Shown here: positions 12,182-25,949 of the stretch, piece by piece
Numbering within the stretch: the stretch's first letter is position 1
Layout of the letters: every line of letters starts with the position of its first letter
Origin: Guillardia theta CCMP2712
Lineage: Eukaryota > Protista > Cryptophyta
Direction: 5' to 3'
DNA length: 64,000 nt
Assembly (NCBI RefSeq): GCF_000315625.1
Contig: NW_005434611.1
Location: 193,352 to 257,351, forward strand
The notes under the pieces: model-generated
What the model saw: only the letters and a program-made list of their open reading frames with translations
Told to the model about the DNA's origin: nothing
The model's database searches: none
Translations under genes and position numbers: made by a program

Positions 12182-12213
<32 letters not shown>

Positions 12214-13672
12214 AGACAACTTCACGTCAGAGGAGCAGGAAGCAGCAGAAGGAGAGGAGCTACCAGGAGTCTCCCGTGCACATCTGACACATCGTGAAGA
12301 AGGAGGCAGAGAACGTCCCGAAGAAAGTCGGCTCCAGGTGCCTGAACAGGTTCACCGCCAGGGTCGCGTAGATGCAGGTGACGAGGCCGAGGAGGAGGAG
12401 ACTGTTCGCCACCGGCTTGATAGACCCCAAAACGGCCTGAATGATCTCCTTGAGCACCGTGAAGTCGTCGAGGAGGCGGATGGCGCGAAGGATCCTGATC
12501 GCTCGGAGGGGATGGAGGACGGGCATGTTACTGTAGAGGGCGGAGGCGACGCTGCCGGAGACAGAGACGAGGTCAAACACGTTCCAACCGTCGCTGAAGA
12601 AGGGACGGAACCAGTTCGAGGCCAGGTTGATGCTTACTTCGAAGCAGAAGATGCCGGTAAAGACAATGTCAAGGAGGTCAGAGTAGAGCATGTAGTCCTC
12701 GTGCCCGTCGACCAGCTCTGCTGCAAGGATGCCGTTGACAAAACTGAGGAAGATACAGATGGCAACGAACTTCTGGAACATCCTCGACCGGTGCACGGAC
12801 CTGACGGCCTGCAGCAACCATGCCGCCTGATGACTTCCTTGGTTCTTTGACCTCTCCACGAGATAGCTGAGCTTCTCCACCCACTCTGCCGCATCCTCCG
12901 CACTCGAGCACTTGAACACGTAACTGCAACCAACCACATGAGACCCTCGCAAGTCAACAACAACCTCCTCCTCCTCACTCACTTTCTCCGTGCTGTGTTC
13001 CCCTCACTCTCTGTCTGGACCTGGAATAAGGTCCCCGGCGGTGTATCGTCCAAATCGAGATCAGCAGAGCTTCTCCCGTCAGGGTCCATGAGATCCTTCA
13101 TGCTTGCAAAGTGAGACATCGAGTTCGCCTGCCCTGCTCGATCGTCTCCGTCAGCTCCGTCAGAGTAACAGCTGCAGCAACCACGCATACCGCTGGGATC
13201 GGATCGGGCCAACCAGCTCGCAGATTTCAGCTTTGTAACATTGAGCTGTTCCACTTTAGAAACATCTTCTAGAGCGATCCTGCGTTATGATCGGAGTCAA
13301 CGGATGCAGCTGCTGACGGATCAGAGGGCACATGCCTGTCTCCGATCTCTTCTCTGTTCCTCCCCACGAAGAAGAACCTCTCTGTGCATGCGCAGTACAC
13401 GGATCTCCACAGATCAGGGTTCGTCTTGCTGCCATGAAGAGTGAGCATGACAATCGCCAGCATGGGGGACAGACGGACCTGACGAACTGAACCTTCTTCA
13501 TCATCGATCCCTGATGTATGCTCTCCAGTTCATTCGGCATCCTTCCACAAAGGTCAGCATGCACAAACCCCGACCTCAACTACTTATCGACTCACCTCAT
13601 GCTCATCGCCGGAGGCCTCACTTCAGGTACTAGGACCCGAGTCCTTGCCGTGAAGCGAACAGGTACAGCCAT
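7767..13672 (-). CDS. Single-domain voltage-gated cation channel (EukCat/BacNav-like) with N-terminal PH-like domain and C-terminal EF-hand; multi-exon
   Basis: Exon ~12260-12935 has S1-S5, FFSDGWNVFD, S4 LRAIRILRAIRLL and pore TMCQMCTGDSW. S6 reads VLMNIVVAILL..DEFL. EF-hand DIDSNGHLGHAE lies near 11470-11500. PH-type end SYVFKCSSAEDAAEWVEKL. 3' exons are less certain. Confidence 0.85.
9535..9631. repeat. (CAG)n microsatellite, intronic
   Basis: About 30 CAG units. Source of the poly-Q/A/L/C ORF artefacts. Confidence 0.95.
9860..10690. repeat. Degenerate 9-bp minisatellite (GGATACGGA and variants) in a channel-gene intron
   Basis: Units ggatacgga, gagtacgga, ggataagga and ggataggga repeated over ~830 bp. 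Confidence 0.9.
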
Positions 13673-14140
13673 CTACATCCGTCCAGTCATGCTTCCTGAA
13701 ACACCTTGTCGCGCTACGCCCTCGTCTCCTTGTATTCTTCCTCTTCCCTTGGCTGCATTCCGCCTTCACTCCACCACAAGTCCGCCTTTCTCGTAGCTCT
13801 TTGCTCTCCTTCTTCTCTCCTCCGTGCCCTCTCTCCTTCCCTCCTCTCCTTCTCCCTCTGCTCTCCTCCCTCTCCCCTCCTCCCCCACGTCTCCCTCCTC
13901 TCCCTCACTTCCCCCTCGCATGTCGTTCATCAAGCAACAAGTGATGGTTTGGCAGACTCTGTCCACCCACCCCACATACTAAGCCCACAATCACATTAAT
14001 TAGTACCACAGATACACCACCCCTACCCCTTATCTCGTGACACCCGATTGGGTTTGGCTTTACGCGATCTCATGATCGGAGCAGTTTTGTGCCACCCACC
14101 CCCCCCGTTCTAGGGATTGCTGTCTTCTTTACAAGAGGGT

Positions 14141-14314
14141 GGTTGAGCTTTGACCGAGTCAAGGAAGCGGTGAGCGGAACAAGACTCGTCGGACGGCCGA
14201 TAGTCCCAACCAAGACTCCGGCAGTTGCATCCAGCAGTCAAGTACCACCACTCATGGCTCGCTGCATAGTAGCACAGCTGCTAACAAATCAGAGCAGCAG
14301 ACGCGAGCTCATCC

Positions 14315-14406
<92 letters not shown>

Positions 14407-15419
14407 ACCTCGAAGTCTCTCAAGATGGACCTTCAGCCGCAGTTCAACAAGATCCTACGTTGGACTACTCTACTAAGAGGGAACCGGTGAAACAGATTGT
14501 ATGAGATCTAACTCTCTTCATTCTCTCTTCACACACACAAGACAAAGCGACGCACAGGGATGACCCCTGGTGGCCGAGAGAGCCTCATCAGTACGAGAAG
14601 CGAGAGCTCGCACGAGACGAGTGTGAACGTGCGTCAGGGAGCACTACCCCTAGTCCTTGCCTTAGCCTACATAAGGATCAGCCTCTTCAGCTAGAGGGGT
14701 CTGTTCTGTGATCCAGCGGAGGTGCCTGAGCATGTCTGCAACCCTTAAAGCTTCGGGGTGTGACAGTAGAGCTGCTCTCAACAGGGGTAGAGATCTCCTT
14801 GCACGAGCAAGAGCACCCACCTCTCAGACAAGTTAACCTTTGAGGACGTACCCTTCCTTCCTTGGGCGATGATCCTGCTTGTCACGGGTCCTCTCCATGT
14901 CTTCATCCGTCCAGTGTAGGCTGGGCTTCTGCTTGCTCACGGCCCCCAGAGGGGTAAATTTCGAACACGAGTACGAGACAGCCAACTGTCCTTTCTTTCC
15001 AGTAAACCCTTGTCTGACTCGGGCTACTCTGAAATCACTCCGACACGCTCCCGGCGCAGCGATCAAAGTTGCTAATACAATGTGAGCGGCGCGCGACGGG
15101 TCCAAGCTATACATCTTCCTTTCCGACTCCATGGAGGATGCTCGACGCATGATGCAGGAGCTGCACTTCTCTTTGCAAGGCGCAGCAATCATTGAAGCTC
15201 GAAGCAGTCGGCTTCGACATGGAGCCTGAGGCGGCTGGAGGTAGCGGCGACGCTCAGCAGGCGGAGAGCGCGGGAGAGTGGCTGGAGTTTACAGCCCTGG
15301 AGAAAGCAACTTCTCTCAACGAGATGGGGACGAGCGAGAACCTATCCCCGAAGGCGATGGCTGAGCGAGAGGAGACGGTTGTGGCGGAGCTGCGGAGCTG
15401 CCCCCGGTACAGGATGGAA
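14141..15419 (+). repeat. Mosaic direct repeat A, left of the CR gene; includes (CA)n and a truncated GNAT 5' end
   Basis: Blocks shared with 19121-20923. 14637-15026 and 15078-15293 are nearly identical. Ends with MAEREETVVAELRSCPRYRME, homologous to the GNAT N-terminus. Confidence 0.92.
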
Positions 15420-15506
15420 CTGAGCCTGAGAGGAGGGACTATACGAGTCAGGTATTCCACATATGGCAAGGTCCAGCTCCCCCATACTACTGAGCTTATT
15501 GAAATG

Positions 15507-15784
15507 TAAACCCAAGACGACCCTTACGTGTTTTAACTGTAACTGAGACGGCAATGTAGTACGTCGGACAAAGAGGAGGCTTTCCCGGCCCGCGGCCGTC
15601 TTGCTAAGGTCCACTCTCATGTCTGGATGCTTGGGTTTCACATCCTAGCCTGGCATACGGTCTATCTCTCATGTGCTCCTCAATCGGAGGCTTCAACGGT
15701 TTCGTATGCATTTTATAAGGTCAACTGATGTCTGCACTGTTACTTTGGCATAGTACAAGAGTATAACAAACTCGTGCTCCGTCA
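15507..15784. repeat. Dispersed ~270-bp repeat, copy 2
   Basis: Homologous to 2408-2678, with indels. Confidence 0.85.
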
Positions 15785-16436
15785 GAGTATCACAATGGTA
15801 TGTGAGACTGAAAGTTTTCCCGTGATAAGAAATAGTTGAGTAGGCTCAGTTGATCTCCATACTTCATAGGGACCCCGCGGCTTCGTGGTGATGTCCCCGA
15901 TCCTGCCATCGCCATACAACTTCACCGTCACGGTGTCGGACCCTCCGACTAAGGAGACTGAGGGCCCGGGGGCCGGGGCCTGGTCTTGCCGCTCAAGCGG
16001 CTCTGCAGGTTTCAATTGTGCAAGCACAGGCGATTGTGAAGATCGCTGGCATGGCGCGGGGGAATGGTCCTGCGCGCAGTTAAGTGAAGGTATCAGTTAA
16101 GTTTGGGGGACAGCAGTCGGCAGGAATAGGTTTGGTTCTCGCTGTCTTTTCTCTTCTCGCCGTGTGGCCTGTGCGACAGTGTCAGGGTCAAGCCTCCTCG
16201 ACTCTCCTGATTGTCCTCGTACTGATTTTTAACTTAACTTTGAGTAAAGACTTTCAGAGTGAAAATCGTACTGGCAAGCCTGTGAAGGTGGGGACACGGG
16301 CAATGCCAAAATTGGCAAAAGAATTCTGCTAGCTCAAGCGCTCCATCGTTAGTTTGCCCCTCAGGCAATCAGCTGATCATACCTGCTTTATCTCTTCTCG
16401 CCGGCAAGCATGCTGTAACACGTCGTTCGCAGGTGC

Positions 16437-18607
16437 ATGGCGAAAGCTCTAATGGGAGCCTATGGTTTGTTTGTTGTGTATCGGTATTCTCTTGTTGATC
16501 GAAGCATGGTGCAGGGCTGCATCTTCTGATAGCAAGCGGTTGTGTGCTCCTTGTACATGTTGCTGGCAGTTTCTCATCTCACGTGGCGCCATTGGTGATT
16601 CGAGGGGGTGGAATAGGAGATGCGAACCAGACCCTGCCGATACGCAAAGACCTCTATCACGTGCATGGAGAGGAGGTATATGAAAGGCTGTGGCTAGAAC
16701 AGAACGAGGTCAAGAAAGAAAGGGAGAAGGTAGGTGAGCAAATAGATAGTGTAGAACGAGAGATCAAGGACGTTGAGGCAGAGCAGAAGGACTTGAACAA
16801 GAAGGCAGATTCACTACTTCATGACAAGGGGGCCAACAAGAAGCTCATCAAGAAAATAATGAAGGATATCAAGTACCTTCGAACAAAAAAAGAGCACCTC
16901 CGAACAAAAGAGGAGCAACTTCGAACAGAAGAGGAGTACCTCCTAAAGAAAGAGGAGCACCTCCTAAAGAAAGAGAAGTACCTTCGAGAGAATGTGAAAG
17001 ACGAGGTCAAGAGCCTTCCCTGGATAGAGACAATTTTGGATCTTAGTCAAGCAGGATTCAGTGAGGATCGCAAAATTTTCACCATCGATCGAGCATTACT
17101 GAATCCAAGTCCTGGGCCAGCAGGGCTGCTGATGCTCTACTGCAGGGAAAGCTTCAATGAGCAATGGCGTTTCCTTGAGGAGAAGGTGTGCAAGGAAGGA
17201 TGTTTGGGTTGGATCTTAGGCCCTCCGGGGACAGGGAAGACGACAACGACGACATGTTTCCTGCTATCGCAAAGCATGGAAGCGAGATGGAGGGTGATGT
17301 TTGTACGACTCTGGAAGGCGGGTCCTGTTAGCCTGATACAGGTGGTTGACGGGAAAGAGAGAAGGTGTGACTTTACCATGAAGAGAGCAGGGGACGAGAT
17401 AGAGGACTTCCTTATGGGATGGGGAGAGGTCAGCGAAAAGCACCTTCTGTCCTTGGACGGTTACATGGAGGAGAATCCAGACCATAATAACATGATAAGC
17501 ATCTGCATGTTATGGCGCCGTCAAGACTGGGAGAATCGACGGCTTGTCATCACGACATCGATGGGTGCTCGAACAAAGGTGTATTCTGAGCAAGATATGA
17601 TAGAAAAGATCAAGGAAATGAAAATATACTCGTGGATGCTCGAGGAGTACAAGGAAGCCGTCAAGCACGACCTTCTGTATAAGAGTGTTGCTAACATGAT
17701 GGGGATCAGCTTGGAAACGAGGAATACGATAAGAAAGCAGGAGACCGAACAGGAGAGAAGAGCTCGAGAGGTTGAGTCCAAATATCAGATTGTTGGAGGC
17801 TCATGTCGGTACATGTTCCAATGCACGACTGCAGAGGCAATTGAACAACTGTGTTTCGCGATGGCTTCTGTGGATAATTTTGAAATGCTGATGGATTTGA
17901 AAACGGGAGACCGAGCAAAGCTGATGGTGAATCTGCTGCATGGAATGTATCGTATTGGAGACAATGTGCACTGGGGGCTTGTCAGCAGATTTGTCGCCAC
18001 GGAGCTAGCGCAGAGGCTTGGAGAAACTTTTGTGAGAAACATCGAGCAGTTGGCGGGGATCGCTAAGAATCCGATACTTGGTGGTGTGTTGTTTGAGATG
18101 CTATTCTTTGCTCGGATAGGAAACGAGCAAGGGCTACGTGTGACCAGTAGGACAGGAGAAGAAGCCAGTTGGGAGAGCCTTGCTGTGAAGACTTTTGACC
18201 CAACACAACTCTATACGTCCGGAATCGAGAGGAGTGTATGCCTAAAGCCAATAGCTTGGAATCAGGGCGGCTACGACGCGGTGATTCTAGATCTAAGGGA
18301 GAGGATAGTGCGCTTTGTGCAGGTGACAGCGGCAAGCAAGCATGACTTGAGACTGCAGTACTTTGCAGACTGCATGGATGCCTTGAGCATGGAAAGATGG
18401 GGTCAATGGAAGTTGGAGATTGTTTTCGTCGTTCCAAAGGACAATCTTGCAAACTTCAGGCTGAGCGAGGTGGTCGAAGAGGGCGCGCTCGCGAAGTATG
18501 GTTGGAGAGCCGGTGAGGAAACGAGCAAAGTGCGTGTAGTTGGGATGGACCCTAGACCACAAGGATGGAGCAGCAGGATAGGACCATGGAACGAGGAGTA
18601 CAGTTGA
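16437..18607 (+). CDS. Crinkler/RHS-type (CR) effector: signal peptide, coiled coil, P-loop NTPase, PD-(D/E)xK restriction-endonuclease-like domain (~706 aa, 2 exons)
   Basis: Walker A GWILGPPGTGKTTT, Walker B LLSLDG, GGSCRYMF, LFEMLFF and C-terminal PIAWNQGGYDAV..FVQVT...KH are typical of CRN NTPase+REase C-termini. Heptad repeats KEEQLRTEEEYLLKKEE. Predicted intron 16465-16514. Confidence 0.85.
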
Positions 18608-19120
18608 ATGATGCCCGAGTTGGTGAATATGGTACAAGTAGAGATTGGGGTATGCTCGTGCAAGTGAGCACTGTATTGAATTCCAGCATCTTCACTGTGC
18701 AATGCTGTGAATCATCGTAAAACAATGCGACAAGGGTGAAGCCACCAGATACGATCACGCTCATCACCTCACCTGTACAAGCCACTGCATTGTCCCATCC
18801 TAGTCCTCACGTCTCCGCGGACTAACTCTTTGGTAATGGGGTAGTCTTGATACCGTTGCTCTGCCTCTTGTGCAATCTCTGCGGACAGTCCTTTTGAGAG
18901 AGTTTTTCTTGCTTTTGTGCGCACGCGTTTTTTGTTTGTTTTGCTGCACTGTGCCTGCGGACTCGCCGGAGCCGTTGACAGCTGGGGGAGGGCGGACACC
19001 CGGCGTGCCCGGCAGCGAGCTGCTCGCCGGCCGCTGAGAGCCTACGCCGGGGGGGGGGGAAGTGCAACCTTGCGAGCTGCAAGGTAGAGGACGACTCAAC
19101 GCCTGCAGGGGCACGGGCGA

Positions 19121-19742
19121 GGTGAGCTTTGACCGAGTCCAGGAAGCGGTGAGCGGAACAAGACTCGTCGGACGGCCTAGTAGCACAGCTGCTAACAAAT
19201 CAGAGCAGCAGACGCGAGCTCATCCAACAAGGGGATCGGCTCTACGGCTTGTCGGGAAACGCCATAGCAAGCTTTGAGAAACGAGGAAGCAACGAGGAGA
19301 TACAGGACCCATTCATGCATTGGATCGAACCCTCGCTCGAAACAACAGCCCCTAGTGCTCTTCGAGACAATGCTGACATGCTCGGACAAGGATGCTGAGC
19401 TGCCGATGCTCACATACAGTTTGATCAAAACACATGGGGTCTGGAAGCGTTGATGGAAAACAATGGTGGTCTAGGCTGACACAGGCAGTCGATGAGGTAA
19501 AGGATCGGCAACACGGACAAACTCTCTCCTACCAATTCCCGCACCACCGAGGCAAACTAGCGCAAACAAACAACTATGTTAACTTACCCTATGATAGTCG
19601 CAGACTCCGGGAAACAACGAGCGATAGGATGGATGGACCCACTTGGCAGATACGTCAGCCTTTCAACAGATCAGGCTCCACCTATTGCACTTCTAATAGA
19701 GTTTATTGCAACGACAGTATTCGCCTCAAGCACACGCATATC

Positions 19743-19795
<53 letters not shown>

Positions 19796-20923
19796 ACCTC
19801 GAAGTCTCTCACGATGGACCTTCAGCGCAGTTCAACAAGATCCTACGTTGGACGTCTCTACTGAGAGGGAAGCGGTGAAAAGGGACAGGCGACCGTGCTC
19901 GTGCATGAGGGAGCACTACCCCTAGTCCTTCCCGTAGGCTACATAAGGATCAGCCTCTTCAGCTAGAGGGGTCTGTTCTGTGATCCAGCGGAGGTGCCTG
20001 AGCATGTCTGCAACCCTTAAAGCTTCGGGGGGTGACAGTAGAGCTGCTCTCAACAGGGGTAGAGATCTCCTTGCACGAGCAAGAGCACCCACCTCTCAGA
20101 CAAGTTAACCTTTGAGGACGTACCCTTCCTTCCTTGGGCGATGATCCTGCTTGTCACGGGTCCTCTCCATGTCTTCATCCGTCCAGTGTAGGCTGGGCTT
20201 CTGCTTGCTCACGGCCCCCAGAGGGGTAAATTTCGAACACGAGTACGAGACAGCCAACTGTCCTTTCTTTCCAGTAAACCCTTGTCTGACTCGGGCTCGG
20301 TTCCTATGAGCTCTGACATGCTCTTCTCTGCGCTTTTTTGGAGTGCTCAGGACTCAGAAAAGGCTTCGCTTTCTCAGCTTGTCTCAATGTGAGCGGCGCG
20401 CGACGGGTCCAAGCTATACATCTTCCTTTCCGACTCCATGGAGGATGCTCGACGCATGATGCAGGAGCTGCACTTCTCTTTGCAAGGCGCAGCAATCATT
20501 GAAGCTCGAAGCAGTCGGCTTCGACATGGAGCCTGAGGCGGCTGAAGGTAGCGGCGACGCTCAGCAGGCGGAGAGCGCGGGAGAGTGGCTGGAGTTTACA
20601 GACCTGGAGAGCCTTATCACAATGGAGGCAGCATCTCCATCAAGCAAAGAAGACATGCAGCTTCTGAGCCGCTCTCAGCTGTCATCCAGCAAGCAACTCT
20701 CAGCTGTCATCCAGCAAGCAACTCTCAGCTGTCATCCAGCAAGCAACTCCAGCAAGCAACTTCACTCATCGATATATGGGGACGAGCGAGAACCTCGCCT
20801 TGAAAGGAAGCTATTACTCCGTTATATGACCGTTACAACGCGAGATTGTGTATCCCCGATGACGATGGCTGAGCGAGAAGAGGTTGTGGAGGAGCTGCGG
20901 AGCTGCTCCCGGTACAGGATGGA
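19121..20923 (+). repeat. Mosaic direct repeat A', right of the CR gene; runs into the intact GNAT gene
   Basis: Same blocks as 14141-15419, plus a ~515-bp extra segment (19229-19743) and a 25-bp tandem repeat. Confidence 0.92.
20672..20760 (+). repeat. 25-bp tandem repeat, 3+ copies (ctctcagctgtcatccagcaagcaa)
   Basis: Read directly. Absent from repeat copy A. Confidence 0.9.
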
Positions 20924-22211
20924 AGAAGAAGAGGAGAAGGGGGGAAGAACGAGGATGAACATCGGGCCTGAGGAAGGAGGAGAGGACAGGGTATGGAAGT
21001 TCTCGGGGATCCTTCGAAAGGTAGGGGTTGGAGCTGAGGCGAGAGAGGGAGAATGCTTCTTGGTCCGGACGGTGAAGGAGGGAGACGAGAAGAAGGTCCT
21101 TCGTTTCCTAAGGAGAGGTCTGAGCGAGGAAAGCAGGCGAACGTTCGCTCCCTATCCTTACGAGCAGAGTGACGAGGAGCTGGAGGAAGTGCTTCGTTCC
21201 TCAATACGAGATTCTGTCCTCCGGCGTTCTCTGTCTTTGATCTTACTTCGATGCCACCATCGGGAGGAGAGGAAGGAGGGAGGAAAGGGGAAGCAGAAGC
21301 CAGCAGAGATGCGTGAGGGGGAAGTAGTAACTCATGGATTCCTGTGGGCATCGGATACCGCACTGCCAGAGCTCGGGGTAGCTGTCGCGGATGACGAACA
21401 AGGGAAGGGGCTGGGTGCGGCCATGATGTCTGTAAGATCTGTGTGCTGATAGATGCTGTTCAATCTCCTTCCGTGATGCCTCTCCGCCCGATGCAACCGC
21501 CCCCTCCTCAGGGGACAATCGCAGGCCCGCGGTCTGATCAACATGAGGCAGGTTCTGGTTGGGCTGGGAAGGAGCCTCGGAAAGGAAGCGATCGAGCTGA
21601 CGACGATGTTGGACAACGGGAGGGCGAAGAGCCTGTACGAGAAGTGCCAGTTCATCACGCTGGGGACCATCCTCAACCCCTTGGGATGTGACGTCACGGC
21701 AGGAAAGAAACGTCCTACCGCTCCCCTCCTTCCCTCCACTGTTTCCTACCATTCTCCTCACTCTCGCTCGTGCCCGTATGTCCTCTCGCGTCCTCCCCTC
21801 CTTCACCCCTGACTTGTTGCATGCTGCAGCGTTCGAGGGACGAGCGATCCCTTCGGGAATCAGCGAGGAATATCAGATGGTTAGGTAGGACAACTCTTCC
21901 TCTTCGCCTTTCTCTTGCTCTTGCTCTTCCTCTTGCTCGTGAGCCTTTTCCTCTAACAATCGCATCCCTTCCTTTACCTTCTCCTTCTACACTTCTCTCC
22001 CGCCATCTCCTTCCTTCTCCACGTCCCATCCTTCCCTCCTCCCTCCCGCTGTCTTCACCCTTCTCTCGTTCCCTGCTCGTGATTGTGTTTGTTCAGAATT
22101 CTCAGGGAGGAGAACCGGAAGCAGGTAGAGCAGATGCTGAAGGACAAGCGATCGAGAGCCGTCGAGCTCTTTGGGGCCTTGCGGGAGAAGCAGCTTGTGG
22201 GAAGGTCCTGA
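20859..22211 (+). CDS. GNAT-family N-acetyltransferase, multi-exon
   Basis: Motif A ELGVAVADDEQGKGLGAAMM, then IELTTMLDNGRAKSLYEKCQF (N..A..LYEK.GF-like), with LSEESRRTFAP upstream. Last exon ..QLVGRS*. Start codon uncertain. Confidence 0.85.
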
Positions 22212-22299
22212 GCTTCCCTGCCCTCCCCCCAGTTCGGCCCCAGCAGCGCGCAGGCTGCCGCCCACTGCCATCTCCTCAGCTCTCTCCTTCTTTGCGCCT

Positions 22300-25130
<2,831 letters not shown>

Positions 25131-25215
25131 ATGTTGACAGCAGGATACGTCAAGAAGCATGAAGAAGAATCCTGATACTTGTGTTGTGGGGTGTTATATT
25201 CTGTTCAGTGCTCCT

Positions 25216-25340
25216 TGTCTTGACTTGACTTGACTTGACTTGACTTGACTTGACTCGCAGACTTGTCTTGACTCGTCTTGTCTTGTCTTGTCTCGTCTTG
25301 TCTTGACTCGTCTTGTCTTGTCTTGTCTCGTCTTGTCTTG
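25216..25340. repeat. (CTTGA)n/(CTTGT)n pentamer microsatellite
   Basis: Read directly. Confidence 0.9.
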
Positions 25341-25949
25341 ATTCAAAGTCCGTTGCACATCATCAACTCTTGCTTGTGATCGTTCTATTTGCCTTTGACA
25401 GAACTAGTCAAATTGTTCTTGTCCTGGTGGGGTAGGGGGTAGTACCCCACATGGTGAGTTCTGAGAAAAGTTTAGATTAATGTACCGGTATGTAGAGTTG
25501 ACTACCCTGGTTGTAGATGAATTGTCAAGTGGCACCTCCAGACAAGAAGTCAAGAACGAGAGAGATCATTGAAGGAACAGAAGAGAGAGGAGAGGAGAGC
25601 AAGAGCAAGAGGTAGAGCAAGAGGTAGAGCAAGAGGTAGAGCAAGAGGTAGAGCAAGAGCAAGAGCAAGAGCAAGAGCAAGAGCAAGAGCAAGAGGTAGA
25701 GCAAGAGCGAGAGCAAGAGCAAGAGCAAGAGCAAGAGGTAGAGGTAGAGGTAGAGGAGAACAGAGCAGAAGAAGAAGAGAGAGGAAGACGAGAGGAGAAA
25801 GGGAGGGAGGGAGAGAAAGGGGGCACAGAGACGTACCAGGTGAGAAGCAGAAGTAGTCGGAGAGGGGAAGGAGGAGACACAGGACAAGAAAGGAGGAGAG
25901 TGAGAGCGAAACAGGAGAAGGCGAGGTGGAGGAGGAACCAGCAACCATC

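Noticed and set aside
14240-14285. VPPLMARCI resembling motif X of C5 DNA methyltransferases
   Set aside because: Lacks the preceding GN and all other motifs; too short to support.
14141-20923. LTR retrotransposon with A/A' as LTRs
   Set aside because: No gag/RT/RNaseH/integrase inside, no clear TG..CA ends or PBS, and the repeats include a host gene start.
21700-21830. Non-canonical GA-AG intron in the GNAT gene
   Set aside because: A canonical GT donor a few bases upstream (gtgacg) gives the same frame.
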